A stretch of DNA of 64,000 bases from contig CAIJXH010000007.1 in NCBI GenBank assembly GCA_903824595.1, forward strand, positions 5,184 to 69,183. The letters are read 5' to 3'. This DNA is from an uncultured bacterium. GTDB lineage: Bacteria; Patescibacteriota; Minisyncoccia; Phycocordibacterales; UBA2100. This document shows positions 36,414 to 46,321 of this stretch, piece by piece (the stretch's first letter is position 1; each line of letters begins with the position of its first letter). Below the pieces are notes generated by a model, which saw nothing but the letters and a program-made list of their open reading frames with translations, ran no database searches and had not been told where the DNA came from. Both the position numbers and the translations under genes were made by a program.

Positions 36414-37841
36414 TTATATTTTGTTTATTGCATTGACGATCGCGCCACTGATTGTTACAGGCGATCCGACAAAGAATGGTTTGATGGAATCCGTGTCGGT
36501 CGTCCCATCTTCGGTGAGAAATGCCGATGTGTCGCCTACGATACCCGTGTTTCCTGCGGGAATTGGATAAATACCATACCCATACGTATCACCCAGAAGA
36601 TAAATGCTCGCACCATCGTCTATAGTGAACTGAACGGTGCGATTTGATCCTGTTGTCCCTATATCGCCTTGGATATACACATCGAGCGTATTTCCTTTCT
36701 TGATGCGAATGCCATCGGGAAAGTTGGCGGTGTAATCGCGTCCGTCAACATCTGTTGCTGCCGACGTGTCACCCGCGATCACGCGCACATTTTGTATGTC
36801 AGAAGGATTTATCGTACCGATTTGGCGCCATGTTATCGCGTAAAGTATCTGATCTTCTTGGGATCCTGCGGTGATGCGAATGCCGGAAAAGCGCACGGAA
36901 GTATCATTGATCGTGTGGGTGGTTGCGACGCTTGGGCCGTACGAGGAGAGTGTTACCGACGCGGTACCTATTTGGAGACTTGCGTTGATTTTCTGGAACG
37001 TTCCTCGAACGGGTAGCGGACCGACGACAGGCGCGGATGCGTCGATTGCGTCGAGGGCAAACGTTGCCGTCTCATCATCATATTCTGAAAGATCGGCCGC
37101 CATGGCTCCCGCAATGGTAAGTGTTTTTGTTTCTCCTGCATGCACGATAAAGGGTTTGCTAAAGACAGCCTTCTGATCTGTGTGGAGATATGTGTAGCTC
37201 AATTCATTACCCGCTTCATCGAGTAATGAAAGATAGCTAAACGCGCCTATGTGCGACGGGCCGACACGCTCCACGGTGACGCTTCGCACGGTTATATCGC
37301 CGTGTTGTGCCGTCATGGTGAATGTGGTGAATGGCACGTAGAGTGCGTCGTGTGGCGCAATTGATGCGGCAGGTTGTGTGGTTGTGCCGATGCGCAACAT
37401 AACTGTTTCGACAGCCGCGACGGCAGCTGTTTGCGTGTTGGTGCTCATGTCCGTATTGGAAACAGTAGAGCATATGGCGTGCAATTTCTGTCGTGTCGCA
37501 ATACCGAATATGCCGCTACCTTTAGTAATTCCAGATGGGATGAGTATGTCTGATGCGTACTTTTCTTGAAATATCGAGAGTGCTCTTTTGGTTGCAAGCC
37601 CAAAATAGGAACTCTCTGCGCCGGGAGATCCCGCGCCATGTGCCGCGATGCGCGTATGGTTGTCTGCATTGAGAAAACGCTGCAGTGCGCGCACGTCATC
37701 ACCGTGCATTCCGATAGTAAGATTACGTTCCCAAGTAAAAGGACACACACTGGATGCGTGCGCGATCACAGGGAGACACGCGAACACAGTCAACATATAT
37801 GCAAACTTGATGGAAGTGGTGAACGTGAGCGCATTGCGCAT
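36414..37841 (-). CDS. Secreted protein with a peptidoglycan-binding domain and a large beta-rich C-terminal region
   Basis: A signal peptide (MRNALTFTTSIKFAYMLTVFACLPVIAHA) and a PG_binding_1-like block (MHGDDVRALQRFLN...YFGLATKRALSIFQEKY). Start chosen at the internal Met; the track start at 38060 would overlap the divergent gene. Confidence 0.55.
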   Translation of the reverse strand: MRNALTFTTSIKFAYMLTVFACLPVIAHASSVCPFTWERNLTIGMHGDDVRALQRFLNADNHTRIAAHGAGSPGAESSYFGLATKRALSIFQEKYASDILIPSGITKGSGIFGIATRQKLHAICSTVSNTDMSTNTQTAAVAAVETVMLRIGTTTQPAASIAPHDALYVPFTTFTMTAQHGDITVRSVTVERVGPSHIGAFSYLSLLDEAGNELSYTYLHTDQKAVFSKPFIVHAGETKTLTIAGAMAADLSEYDDETATFALDAIDASAPVVGPLPVRGTFQKINASLQIGTASVTLSSYGPSVATTHTINDTSVRFSGIRITAGSQEDQILYAITWRQIGTINPSDIQNVRVIAGDTSAATDVDGRDYTANFPDGIRIKKGNTLDVYIQGDIGTTGSNRTVQFTIDDGASIYLLGDTYGYGIYPIPAGNTGIVGDTSAFLTEDGTTDTDSIKPFFVGSPVTISGAIVNAINKI

Positions 37842-37955
37842 GTATGCAAGTGTATCATGCGCAACGGGCGCGTGAGCTGGATTTTGTATACAATTTGTGT
37901 AAAGTGTCGCTCGGGAATGATGTTCTTTGGCAAATACGTAAGAGGGAGGGTATCG

Positions 37956-39008
37956 ATGCAAAACATAGCTGACTTTCTGATCGGGCGAAATCGCGAGCAA
38001 AGTGAGATTTTCTCCAGCCCTAATCAGCGACTTGTTAGGCAACAGTATCGGGCAAAACATCCGACAAAAGTGGTGGTAATAAAGTGTATGGATGGACGAC
38101 TCAATTTTCCTGTCATCACACGCACGCCACCGGGGATCATGTATCCGTTTCGGATGATGGGAGGGCTTTTTGACATGGGCTTCCCCTGGTTTGGAGACTT
38201 GGCTGGTGATCTGATCGTGAAGGCTATCTCAAAAGGTGCAGACTGTCTTTTTCTTTGCACCTATCACTTTTCAGAAGGTGACAATCCGCGTCGTGGGTGT
38301 AAAGGTTCCGGGTGCGACATTGGCAGAAGTCGTTCGGCGGCGTTTGCACTCAAGCACTCCATAGAAGAAATCTACGGACGCGGGCCCGTCTACCCGATCG
38401 TTGTGGGAGTCGAGACCGATTCCGACGCTCTCATCTTCCACGATGGTTCTGGTGGGGACGAGATCGATATCCGAGCGCATGTTACCTGTGGGGAGGATGA
38501 ATTACGCAGCGCCATAGATACGCTGTATTACGACATGAAGCAGGAGATAAGGAGAGATCTCCTTCCGATCGTGGTGGGTAATGTTGAGCACGTACGTTGT
38601 GTGCGTGCATCGAGGCGTACTCCTCTTGAGATGAATCACCTTGAACAAGCGGTTTGTGTGGGGCGAGGATTTGATTGGCTCCACCTTCCAAACAAAGCGC
38701 TTATCATTGGGCCTTTTAGCTCTAATTGGGAACATGAGATATATATCGCTGGAACTATCGTAGACATGAATCTTCGTCTTGCAGAAGCGGGGACACTGAC
38801 GTTGGATTACGAGGGAGCGGCGCTGGTGTGCGCGTCTTCGCATAGGGAAGGCGGCATAGAGAAAGATCGCGCATTGATGCGCGCACGCTATTTTGAGCGT
38901 GTTGCGACACATGTCCTGCGCACGCACGTGCCGAGTCTGAAGTTTCGTACCATCACCGGAACGGTGGACATGCAAACACGTTTTTTGAATGTCGCGAACA
39001 TATCGTAA
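37956..39008 (+). CDS. Hypothetical protein (350 aa) with a CxDGR motif and a Cys-rich block
   Basis: AGAGGGAGGG RBS 8 nt upstream; KCMDGRLNFP and HFSEGDNPRRGCKGSGC; no family confidently recognised. Confidence 0.5.
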   Translation: MQNIADFLIGRNREQSEIFSSPNQRLVRQQYRAKHPTKVVVIKCMDGRLNFPVITRTPPGIMYPFRMMGGLFDMGFPWFGDLAGDLIVKAISKGADCLFLCTYHFSEGDNPRRGCKGSGCDIGRSRSAAFALKHSIEEIYGRGPVYPIVVGVETDSDALIFHDGSGGDEIDIRAHVTCGEDELRSAIDTLYYDMKQEIRRDLLPIVVGNVEHVRCVRASRRTPLEMNHLEQAVCVGRGFDWLHLPNKALIIGPFSSNWEHEIYIAGTIVDMNLRLAEAGTLTLDYEGAALVCASSHREGGIEKDRALMRARYFERVATHVLRTHVPSLKFRTITGTVDMQTRFLNVANIS

Positions 39009-39075
39009 GTCACGATCAACGCCGACGAGCAGCAGCTCGTCGGCGTCTTCATGTGCGGTATGGTATGATTGGCGT

Positions 39076-39687
39076 ATGGACGTTCATGCGATGTTTGGCG
39101 CTGTTGCGGGAGTTCTCGTGTTTGTCGAATTTGGTCTGTACATTCTTGCAATATATGGACGCGACTATCGTCTATGCGCGCTTCGTGTACCCACAACCCC
39201 CAATCGAGCGACGTGGTTTATTTGGGCGCTGCTTGGTATTATCACTGCGGCAAGTTATTGGGCGATCGGTGCTACCGATACGGTGTGGTATGCGTGTGCG
39301 TACGCCATTGGTTTTATTTCCGTGGCGATCATGTCGATATGGTACGGAGAAGGGGGCGTGGACACGCTCGACATATTTTGTCTCTTGGGTGCAATGGTGA
39401 GCGCGTTGTTTTGGTGGAAGTTCAATTCGCCGACGGTTGCCCTTGTCATGACCATGACGATCGACGCATGTGGTATGGTCCCAACGCTTCGGAAAATATG
39501 GACAAAACCAGAAAGCGAGAACGCACTCGCGTGGAGTGTGTCTGCTGTCGCTAGCGCATCCAATATCTTGGCAATTTCATGGGTGAGCGCATCGCTGCCG
39601 ATCGTGGCGTACCCCGTGTACATGGCTGTTGCCAACATGAGCGCGGCGCTGCTTCTGCGTGTGCCGCGACCGCAGCGTTCTTCATGA
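39076..39687 (+). CDS. Hypothetical integral membrane protein (6 TM)
   Basis: Hydrophobic throughout; start taken at the internal Met. Confidence 0.5.
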   Translation: MDVHAMFGAVAGVLVFVEFGLYILAIYGRDYRLCALRVPTTPNRATWFIWALLGIITAASYWAIGATDTVWYACAYAIGFISVAIMSIWYGEGGVDTLDIFCLLGAMVSALFWWKFNSPTVALVMTMTIDACGMVPTLRKIWTKPESENALAWSVSAVASASNILAISWVSASLPIVAYPVYMAVANMSAALLLRVPRPQRSS

Positions 39688-39870
39688 TCGAAATATAGTG
39701 TATACTTTTTGGTATGGACAAGAATTCAAAATTGCTCATGATCGTATTTTTCTCGCTTTTGATCGCTTCGGCACTTTTGATATTTTATCGCACCATGATA
39801 CTTCGCGATTACGACGTCATAACCTCGAGCACACACGAGTATCCGCCCGTCTCCCCATAACAGGTCGTGT

Positions 39871-40902
39871 ATGACACTTTCATCGCAAACGCAAGAGACT
39901 GGCGCAGGCACAAAAGAAGGCGTGTCGTTTTCTGCGCACGATTACGCACACATGTACTATCCGCCTATCCGTAACGCGAAAGCATTTCTGCCGCTGGCGC
40001 GCTTTGTTCGGAAACAGTATGAGCAATCTCCGATACTCGATCTGCGTGCCGTCATGCAAGAGATGCCCGGCGTGGAATACATAGCGGCGGAAAATATAGT
40101 GATTCTTGATTTTCAGAGATTTGTGGTACGCGAGCTGCTTCCTTCTTTTGAAGATGGGGAAGCCGTTATTCTCGATATCGGAGGAGGTCCGACCATCTAC
40201 CAACATATTGCACTGTCACTCATCGCCAAACGAATCGTCCATTCTGAATATTCGGAAGAAAATCGTAATGAGGTATGGCAGTGGATCAATAAAGAAGAAA
40301 AATCATTTAGATGGGAAGGGTATTTTGATCTCGTGCGATACATGCTCCAAGAAGACGAGGTCGTCGTCAAAGAGGTGTTGCGACAAAAACAGATGTATCC
40401 ACTCTATGCGCGCGGTACCATATTGAGTTACCTCTTGACCACTGAAATACAGATCAGCGTATTGCAGCAGTACGTGCGCGACCTTATTACCGACGTGGCA
40501 CATGGCGACGTGTTCAAAAAAGATCTCGATCTGCCTGTTGAAGTGCCCGCAAAGTTTGATGTGGTGACGTGTAATTTCGTCATAGAAAGCGCAACAGGGG
40601 ATTGTGCTCAATGGGAGATTGGTATGAAAAATAGTATTGCCCACATACAGCAAGGCGGATATTTTGTACTTACGTCGATAAAAGATTGCGATTGGTACTC
40701 GGTGGGAGACAAGAAAGTTCCCGCGTGCAATGTCGACGAACACGACATCAAGGAAATATGTGAGCGCAATGGTATTCGCGTTATTGCGCAGCGCGTGTTG
40801 AATGGATGCGATAAAGCGACGTTTGGGTATGAGGGTATGGTGTTTACTCTTGGGCAGTTTGGTAAACCCGAGCCGAAGCCCGATTATAAATTCAAATGGT
40901 AA
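39871..40902 (+). CDS. Class I SAM-dependent methyltransferase (NNMT/PNMT/TEMT-like fold)
   Basis: Motif I VILDIGGGPT, post-I acidic residue, and the FDVVTCNFVIESAT motif IV region. Confidence 0.6.
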   Translation: MTLSSQTQETGAGTKEGVSFSAHDYAHMYYPPIRNAKAFLPLARFVRKQYEQSPILDLRAVMQEMPGVEYIAAENIVILDFQRFVVRELLPSFEDGEAVILDIGGGPTIYQHIALSLIAKRIVHSEYSEENRNEVWQWINKEEKSFRWEGYFDLVRYMLQEDEVVVKEVLRQKQMYPLYARGTILSYLLTTEIQISVLQQYVRDLITDVAHGDVFKKDLDLPVEVPAKFDVVTCNFVIESATGDCAQWEIGMKNSIAHIQQGGYFVLTSIKDCDWYSVGDKKVPACNVDEHDIKEICERNGIRVIAQRVLNGCDKATFGYEGMVFTLGQFGKPEPKPDYKFKW

Positions 40903-40936
40903 GTGACGTGTATCTGGTGTAGATTTCTTTAGATAT

Positions 40937-41869
40937 ATGGAGCACTTTGGTATGCATGTAGTACGACGAGACGACCCGCGCTACATGGAAGCAGTGGTCA
41001 AAAAGAAGTCACAAGAAGATCCGCGAGAGATTGTGATCCGCGAAAAAACTGCCGCGCAGATGCTCAAGGAGGAGTGGGCGCGCGATGCGTTTGCGAGAAT
41101 TAGAGACATTCAGATCGAGTACCTAAAAGACGCCGTGGCACACGCGGATGACCAGGAACACGTGCACGCGCGCACACAAAACACGGTTCGTGAATTGTCG
41201 TCATTGCTACGCTCGAGTATCGTGAGCGGTTCTGAATTTCTCAAAGAAATACCGCGAGGCTCTCCTGTTCTTGTTGCCACCAATCATCTCGGCGCATACA
41301 AGCTCGTCGGAATAAAACCAAAAGAAGACATTGGTGTCGATATTCCCGGCTATGACGCCATGTACCCGTATCTCATGTATTTTTCGGCACTCGCACCTGT
41401 GGCTGATGCGCTTGGCGATACGATATACTACGTATCTGAAGATTTTCCCGGTGTATTCGGTGATGTTCACTCGGCGGCAGGTTTTGTACATGTTCCGCCT
41501 GCGTCTATTCCCATCGAAGGCGGTCGTACGGCGGTGCTCACTGAACAAACAAGAGCGACCATAATCAGGCACAAAAATGCCGCGATTGTGAATTTTCCAG
41601 AAGGTGGTACGAGTGGAAAATATACCGATCTTGATATTTATGATCTCGATCCATTCAAAACGGGCGGCTATGTAGTTGCTTCCGAACTCGGTATTCGTAT
41701 TGTACCTGTCGCGCAATACTTCGACAAAGATAAAGGAATGCAATTGTGTGTGTTCGATCCGGTTGTCCCTCCACAAGGAGCTTCAAAAGACGTGTACGAG
41801 CATCTTGCAAAAAACGATCAGGAGAAAATGCAGGCGTGGCTCGATGTGTGTCGCAATCGGATGAAATAA
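40937..41869 (+). CDS. Lysophospholipid acyltransferase (PlsC-like) superfamily protein with a degenerate HX4D motif
   Basis: Block I LVATNHLGAYK (His present, Asp replaced) and block III FPEGGTSGK. Confidence 0.5.
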   Translation: MEHFGMHVVRRDDPRYMEAVVKKKSQEDPREIVIREKTAAQMLKEEWARDAFARIRDIQIEYLKDAVAHADDQEHVHARTQNTVRELSSLLRSSIVSGSEFLKEIPRGSPVLVATNHLGAYKLVGIKPKEDIGVDIPGYDAMYPYLMYFSALAPVADALGDTIYYVSEDFPGVFGDVHSAAGFVHVPPASIPIEGGRTAVLTEQTRATIIRHKNAAIVNFPEGGTSGKYTDLDIYDLDPFKTGGYVVASELGIRIVPVAQYFDKDKGMQLCVFDPVVPPQGASKDVYEHLAKNDQEKMQAWLDVCRNRMK

Positions 41870-41905
41870 AATCAATCATGCCTGTTCCTGTGGTCAAGGC
41901 GACGT

Positions 41906-44900
41906 GTGTCTGGTACTATTTTTACATATCATAATCCTCTAATCTTACCTATGCCCACGCCCCCACGCACTTTTCCAGTAACACAAACATACACCACCTC
42001 AACATGCGCGCTTGTAGCACTTTCCGTACTTTTTGGTGCATGGTATGCACACGCAGATACGATATCAGTGAATACCGACGACCGTGTTGCCACATCATCT
42101 GTACCAGCACTCGTGTCAGATGCAACCTCCACACCCGACACGGTCGCCACGTCCACCGATCCATCATCCGACGACGCGAGCACTACCGACGACGTATCTT
42201 CCGATGAAGAAGATGTAGCACTCGACCTCGGCGACGATCATACCGAGCTCGATGCCGCCAAAGACATGACCGGCGTCGTGCGCCAGAGCAAGCCATACAC
42301 CTGCGGACCAGCCTCGCTTGCCACCTTGCGCACACAAATGGGAGAGACCACGAGCGAGGAAGACGTGTTGCGCTACTTCACGGGCGACAACCTCACCGAA
42401 GACCGCGGCACCAACCTCCTTGCGCTCAAAAACGCCGCGCAGGAGCTCGGCAGCACCGTCTACCTCAAGAAACTCTCCGCCGAGCAGGTGCTCACGTACA
42501 TCCAAGACACCGGTGATCCCGTGCTCATTCACGACGAAAAGCCGGGAGTCGGCGGACACTTTTCCGTCATACGCTCATACGATGCCGACAGCGCGATGGT
42601 GGAACTTTCCGACACGGAAGCGGGCAACATCAAGTACTCGGTGGAGAGTTTCAAACACATCTACACAGGCGACACGCTCATCATTTCCGACGACACGAGC
42701 AACGATCTCCTCAACGCCACCTCCACCGATCTTTCCAACGACTATGCTGCGGAGGTGTGGGGCAAGTATGTGCCGGTGGCTGTGGCTGCCAACGGAAAGA
42801 GCGCGGCTGCCACGGCGGCGGTTACCGCATTCAACATCTGCATCACCAACGCGATGAAGACCGTCAACTACACCCAGCGCAACAATGCTCGTGCCGTCTG
42901 CTATACCACGCTCGGTACCGACCTGAAAGGCACGTCGTCCACCGATCCGCTCTCCAATTTCCAGGAGCTCCAGGTCGCCGCAACCGTCGAGGGGACGATG
43001 CTTCTCGGCAACCTCGACAAAACCAATGAAACCGCCATCGGCACGTCCGACCTTCTCGCCGCACTCCGCTCCGTCCTCGCCGCCCAACAGACATACATCT
43101 CCGTATTCCCCACACTCACCAGCTACCTCTCGCAAGCCAGTGCAACACTCGCCACGCTTGCAAGCACGATCACGACACTCCAAAACCAAATCACTCCGCT
43201 TCAGTCCAAGCTCTCACAAGCACAGACCGACAAGGGAATACTCGATATCGCTATCACACAAAAACAATCCGCCATCACTCCGCTGCAGAACGAAGTCAAC
43301 GGCGGTACCTTCGTCCAAAACGGCACCACCTTCTCGCTCGGCGCAGTCGGCAGTCAGCTCTCCGCACAGTCCACAACCCTGAAAACACTCTCGGCAAATC
43401 TCGCCAGCAAACTCTCTTCGCTCGACGGTCAAATAGCCAACAAGCGAAGCTCGATCAATTCATACACCAGTAGCCGTACCTATTGGCAAAATCAAATCAA
43501 CATATACCAATCCGATGTAAACAACTGGCAATCTCAATACAACAACGCCGTCGCCTCCGTGAGCTACTTCTGGAATCAGTACCAGGCAGACATCAGAGCG
43601 CGCCGCAGTACCTCATACGACTACACCAACTACGCCGCATGGCTCACCAAGCAAAACACCTACTCCTCCTACCTCAACACCGCCCGCTCCAACCTCTCCT
43701 CGGCACAAAACAATTACAGCTACTACAATTCTCAAATCAACCAGCTCACGAGCGACATCGCTTCGCTCCAGGCACAGAAAGATTCTGCCAATAGCGCCGT
43801 CTCCGCCGCTTCCGCCGAAGCCGCTCGCCTCCAACGACTCAAGGACTTTGGCGATCAGGAAATGAATCGCAAGAAAGGTCTGCTCGCAACACTCCAGAGC
43901 GAGCTCGCCAATCTCCAAAATCAGCTTTCTGCCAAAGTCGCTTCCATCACCAGCTACACCGCCCAGCTCACGCCACTCAAAGCAAAGCTCGCCACACTCC
44001 AATCCGCCCAATCCCTCGCCACCCAGATCACCGCGCAGACACAGATCATTGATGGTGTGAAGGCGAAGTATGGCTTCACAACATTGACGTACACAAATCA
44101 AGACGAAACAAATCGTCTCATCACCGAGGAGCTGACGAATGAGAAGGGGTGGGATCGTTCAGTGGAAGTCGGCGCTACCGCCAGTATCCAACAAGCAGCG
44201 GTGACCACTGCTCCAACAGGCGTGTGGCTCGTGGGTGCGATATCGGGCGTCGTGCAAGGATTGTATTCTGTCGCCGAAGGATTCGAGACACTCGTATTCT
44301 CTCCACTCACTACTGCTCAAAACATCGGAAGTGCCGTATCTAACTACGACAAAACCGCAACTGCCATCTACGATGGTCTCAAAGGTCGCGCCGTTGCCAT
44401 TGTATATGTCGACAACACCAACTTCTTCAGTATCTACAATGCGGGCGTAGCTGTTGGATCGACTGCGTTTGATGTATGTACGGTCGCTTGTACACTCGGT
44501 GGAGGCATTGCGGTCAAGGGTGTACAAGTATCGAAAACCGCGATAAATGTCTCCGGCACAGCTGATCGTACGGCGGAGATCACCAAAGTCGCGCAAACAC
44601 TCCGCGCCACACTGGCAGCAAAGATCACTACCATGGTTGCTGATCTGAAATCAGCATCGTCAATTTCCGCTCTGCTCACCAAGGTAGACGCTTACAATAT
44701 CCCCAATGTCGGCGTGGGCTCAACGAAAGTACTTCTCGGGAGTGCGAGTGATGCGAGGGTGGTGTTTGATGCAATGACGAAAGGGTGGAAAATTGAGAAA
44801 GATGTGGTCGCATCGGATGGATCTGCTATTTATGTGCGAACATCCACAGACGGCAAATACTCCCTTGATTACCGAACGAAGTCCACATCTTCAATCTCAG

Positions 44901-45001
44901 ATCCGACCTTAACGCATCAGGCGACGATTGATGTGGTGCCAAGAGATGCTGCTGGCAAACCAATCAGTGGCGCACAGGTTGAGATTAAATTTGCACAATA
45001 A
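41906..45001 (+). CDS. Giant (1031 aa) secreted or surface protein: an N-terminal C39-like peptidase domain, a ~450 aa Gln/Asn/Ser-rich coiled coil, and a C-terminal globular domain
   Basis: A TM/signal at aa ~30-50, an acidic T/S/D linker, then KPYTCGPASLATL...GVGGHFSVIRSYD (Cys/His of a C39 papain-like fold), and heptad-rich sequence from aa ~370-760. Confidence 0.7.
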   Translation: MSGTIFTYHNPLILPMPTPPRTFPVTQTYTTSTCALVALSVLFGAWYAHADTISVNTDDRVATSSVPALVSDATSTPDTVATSTDPSSDDASTTDDVSSDEEDVALDLGDDHTELDAAKDMTGVVRQSKPYTCGPASLATLRTQMGETTSEEDVLRYFTGDNLTEDRGTNLLALKNAAQELGSTVYLKKLSAEQVLTYIQDTGDPVLIHDEKPGVGGHFSVIRSYDADSAMVELSDTEAGNIKYSVESFKHIYTGDTLIISDDTSNDLLNATSTDLSNDYAAEVWGKYVPVAVAANGKSAAATAAVTAFNICITNAMKTVNYTQRNNARAVCYTTLGTDLKGTSSTDPLSNFQELQVAATVEGTMLLGNLDKTNETAIGTSDLLAALRSVLAAQQTYISVFPTLTSYLSQASATLATLASTITTLQNQITPLQSKLSQAQTDKGILDIAITQKQSAITPLQNEVNGGTFVQNGTTFSLGAVGSQLSAQSTTLKTLSANLASKLSSLDGQIANKRSSINSYTSSRTYWQNQINIYQSDVNNWQSQYNNAVASVSYFWNQYQADIRARRSTSYDYTNYAAWLTKQNTYSSYLNTARSNLSSAQNNYSYYNSQINQLTSDIASLQAQKDSANSAVSAASAEAARLQRLKDFGDQEMNRKKGLLATLQSELANLQNQLSAKVASITSYTAQLTPLKAKLATLQSAQSLATQITAQTQIIDGVKAKYGFTTLTYTNQDETNRLITEELTNEKGWDRSVEVGATASIQQAAVTTAPTGVWLVGAISGVVQGLYSVAEGFETLVFSPLTTAQNIGSAVSNYDKTATAIYDGLKGRAVAIVYVDNTNFFSIYNAGVAVGSTAFDVCTVACTLGGGIAVKGVQVSKTAINVSGTADRTAEITKVAQTLRATLAAKITTMVADLKSASSISALLTKVDAYNIPNVGVGSTKVLLGSASDARVVFDAMTKGWKIEKDVVASDGSAIYVRTSTDGKYSLDYRTKSTSSISDPTLTHQATIDVVPRDAAGKPISGAQVEIKFAQ

Positions 45002-45008
45002 ATTAAGT

Positions 45009-45461
45009 ATGAAACCATCGTATTCCATTGAAAATGAAGTGCTTGAGGAGGTACTCACATACATTAAGAATAATCCGGACCACTCCTCGTTGGCGTATGT
45101 CATTGGCATTCTTGGCTATACTTCTGAACAAAAAAAGAAATACGGACTGCGGGAATATCCGCAGCCAGAATACACAACCACAGAATTAGAAGAGATTAGA
45201 AGCTTGGCATCAGTCGAGGTTAAAGAGCGGACTCTCTCCTACCTCAAAAAGCTTTTGAAGGATGGGCAGATAAAAGTAAGACTGATACATATTGACACAA
45301 AAGAAATGACTGACTTCAATACGTCCGATGATGCGGAAAGAATGGTCGGGACGCTTCGCAAGATGTGGAGTGAATGCCCACAGGAAGATCTCACAAGTTT
45401 TGAACTATCTCAATACATCACGCTCTTCGGAAACCCATGGCCCATTTATAAAAACCATTAA
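45009..45461 (+). CDS. Hypothetical protein (150 aa)
   Basis: A complete ORF with its ATG 8 nt after the giant gene's stop; no recognisable domain. Confidence 0.45.
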   Translation: MKPSYSIENEVLEEVLTYIKNNPDHSSLAYVIGILGYTSEQKKKYGLREYPQPEYTTTELEEIRSLASVEVKERTLSYLKKLLKDGQIKVRLIHIDTKEMTDFNTSDDAERMVGTLRKMWSECPQEDLTSFELSQYITLFGNPWPIYKNH

Positions 45462-45475
45462 GATAAATAAAAACT

Positions 45476-46213
45476 ATGAAAATAAAATATACGACATTGG
45501 CGATAATCGGATTTATGGTCGTTTGTGCATTTTGTTTTGCAGCATACATGAATATAGTATTTCGCGCTTCTCATGTGCAAGATCGAGATGCAGAACCAAT
45601 TCTTGACGCGACTTTTCCGCCCACTGCTGGTCGTGTACCCACGCATCAATCAGATGATATATCGCTATTAGAATACTTGCGTCGAGAAATCTACGAGGCG
45701 TCGCCTCCGAAATATACTCACATCAAGCTGGATCCTAGTGTTGAAAGCGCGACATGGTACTCACTCTCATATATTCCATACAACATCTCCATTGACCTGC
45801 CTTTCCCGGAACTTGATATAGCGACTGGTTATCCCAGAGACGGTCATACAATGAAGCTACCTGACGCAAATAGTATTGAGGTTTTCACTCTCGATTTCAA
45901 GCAAGCTTTTATCGACAGTGATAACATGAAAAATATCGTGACACATCTATGTGATCGGATATTAAAACAAGCAACAAGTGATCCTGTGTCACCCCTTGTG
46001 ATCACTTCATCAAAATCCGGCGTGAATAGAAACGGTATTGGATATGTGATCATTGATGCAAAAGGCTCACCTGCTTCTTCGCTCAGTGCTGTAACTTTAG
46101 TCACACTGCTTGCTCCAGAAGCGGTGGTAACGATGACCGTGGCCAATATTCCCAATCAATCAAGCGTTGTTGAATCGATCGTGTCATCGGCACATAGCCC
46201 AACGAAACCGTAA
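45476..46213 (+). CDS. Hypothetical membrane-anchored protein (245 aa)
   Basis: A single N-terminal TM (LAIIGFMVVCAFCFAAYMNIVF), then a soluble domain. Confidence 0.45.
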   Translation: MKIKYTTLAIIGFMVVCAFCFAAYMNIVFRASHVQDRDAEPILDATFPPTAGRVPTHQSDDISLLEYLRREIYEASPPKYTHIKLDPSVESATWYSLSYIPYNISIDLPFPELDIATGYPRDGHTMKLPDANSIEVFTLDFKQAFIDSDNMKNIVTHLCDRILKQATSDPVSPLVITSSKSGVNRNGIGYVIIDAKGSPASSLSAVTLVTLLAPEAVVTMTVANIPNQSSVVESIVSSAHSPTKP

Positions 46214-46321
46214 GGTATCCGAGACAGCTGTCCACGCAGTCTCCTTACGTTCCTGTTTCCTCATGCACACTTTTCGACAGAGTGATATTCACAGGCTCCG
46301 TCGAGGTGGTAGAATTTCAGC

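Noticed and set aside
37956-39008. Beta-carbonic anhydrase assignment for the CxDGR protein
   Set aside because: Only one of the two zinc-ligand motifs is present and the spacing does not fit. It is left as hypothetical.
42164-44682. Many 70-200 aa ORFs in alternate frames and on the reverse strand within the giant coiled-coil gene
   Set aside because: They arise from the low-complexity, codon-biased Q/N/S/T repeat region and produce Arg/Gly/Pro-rich artefact translations.
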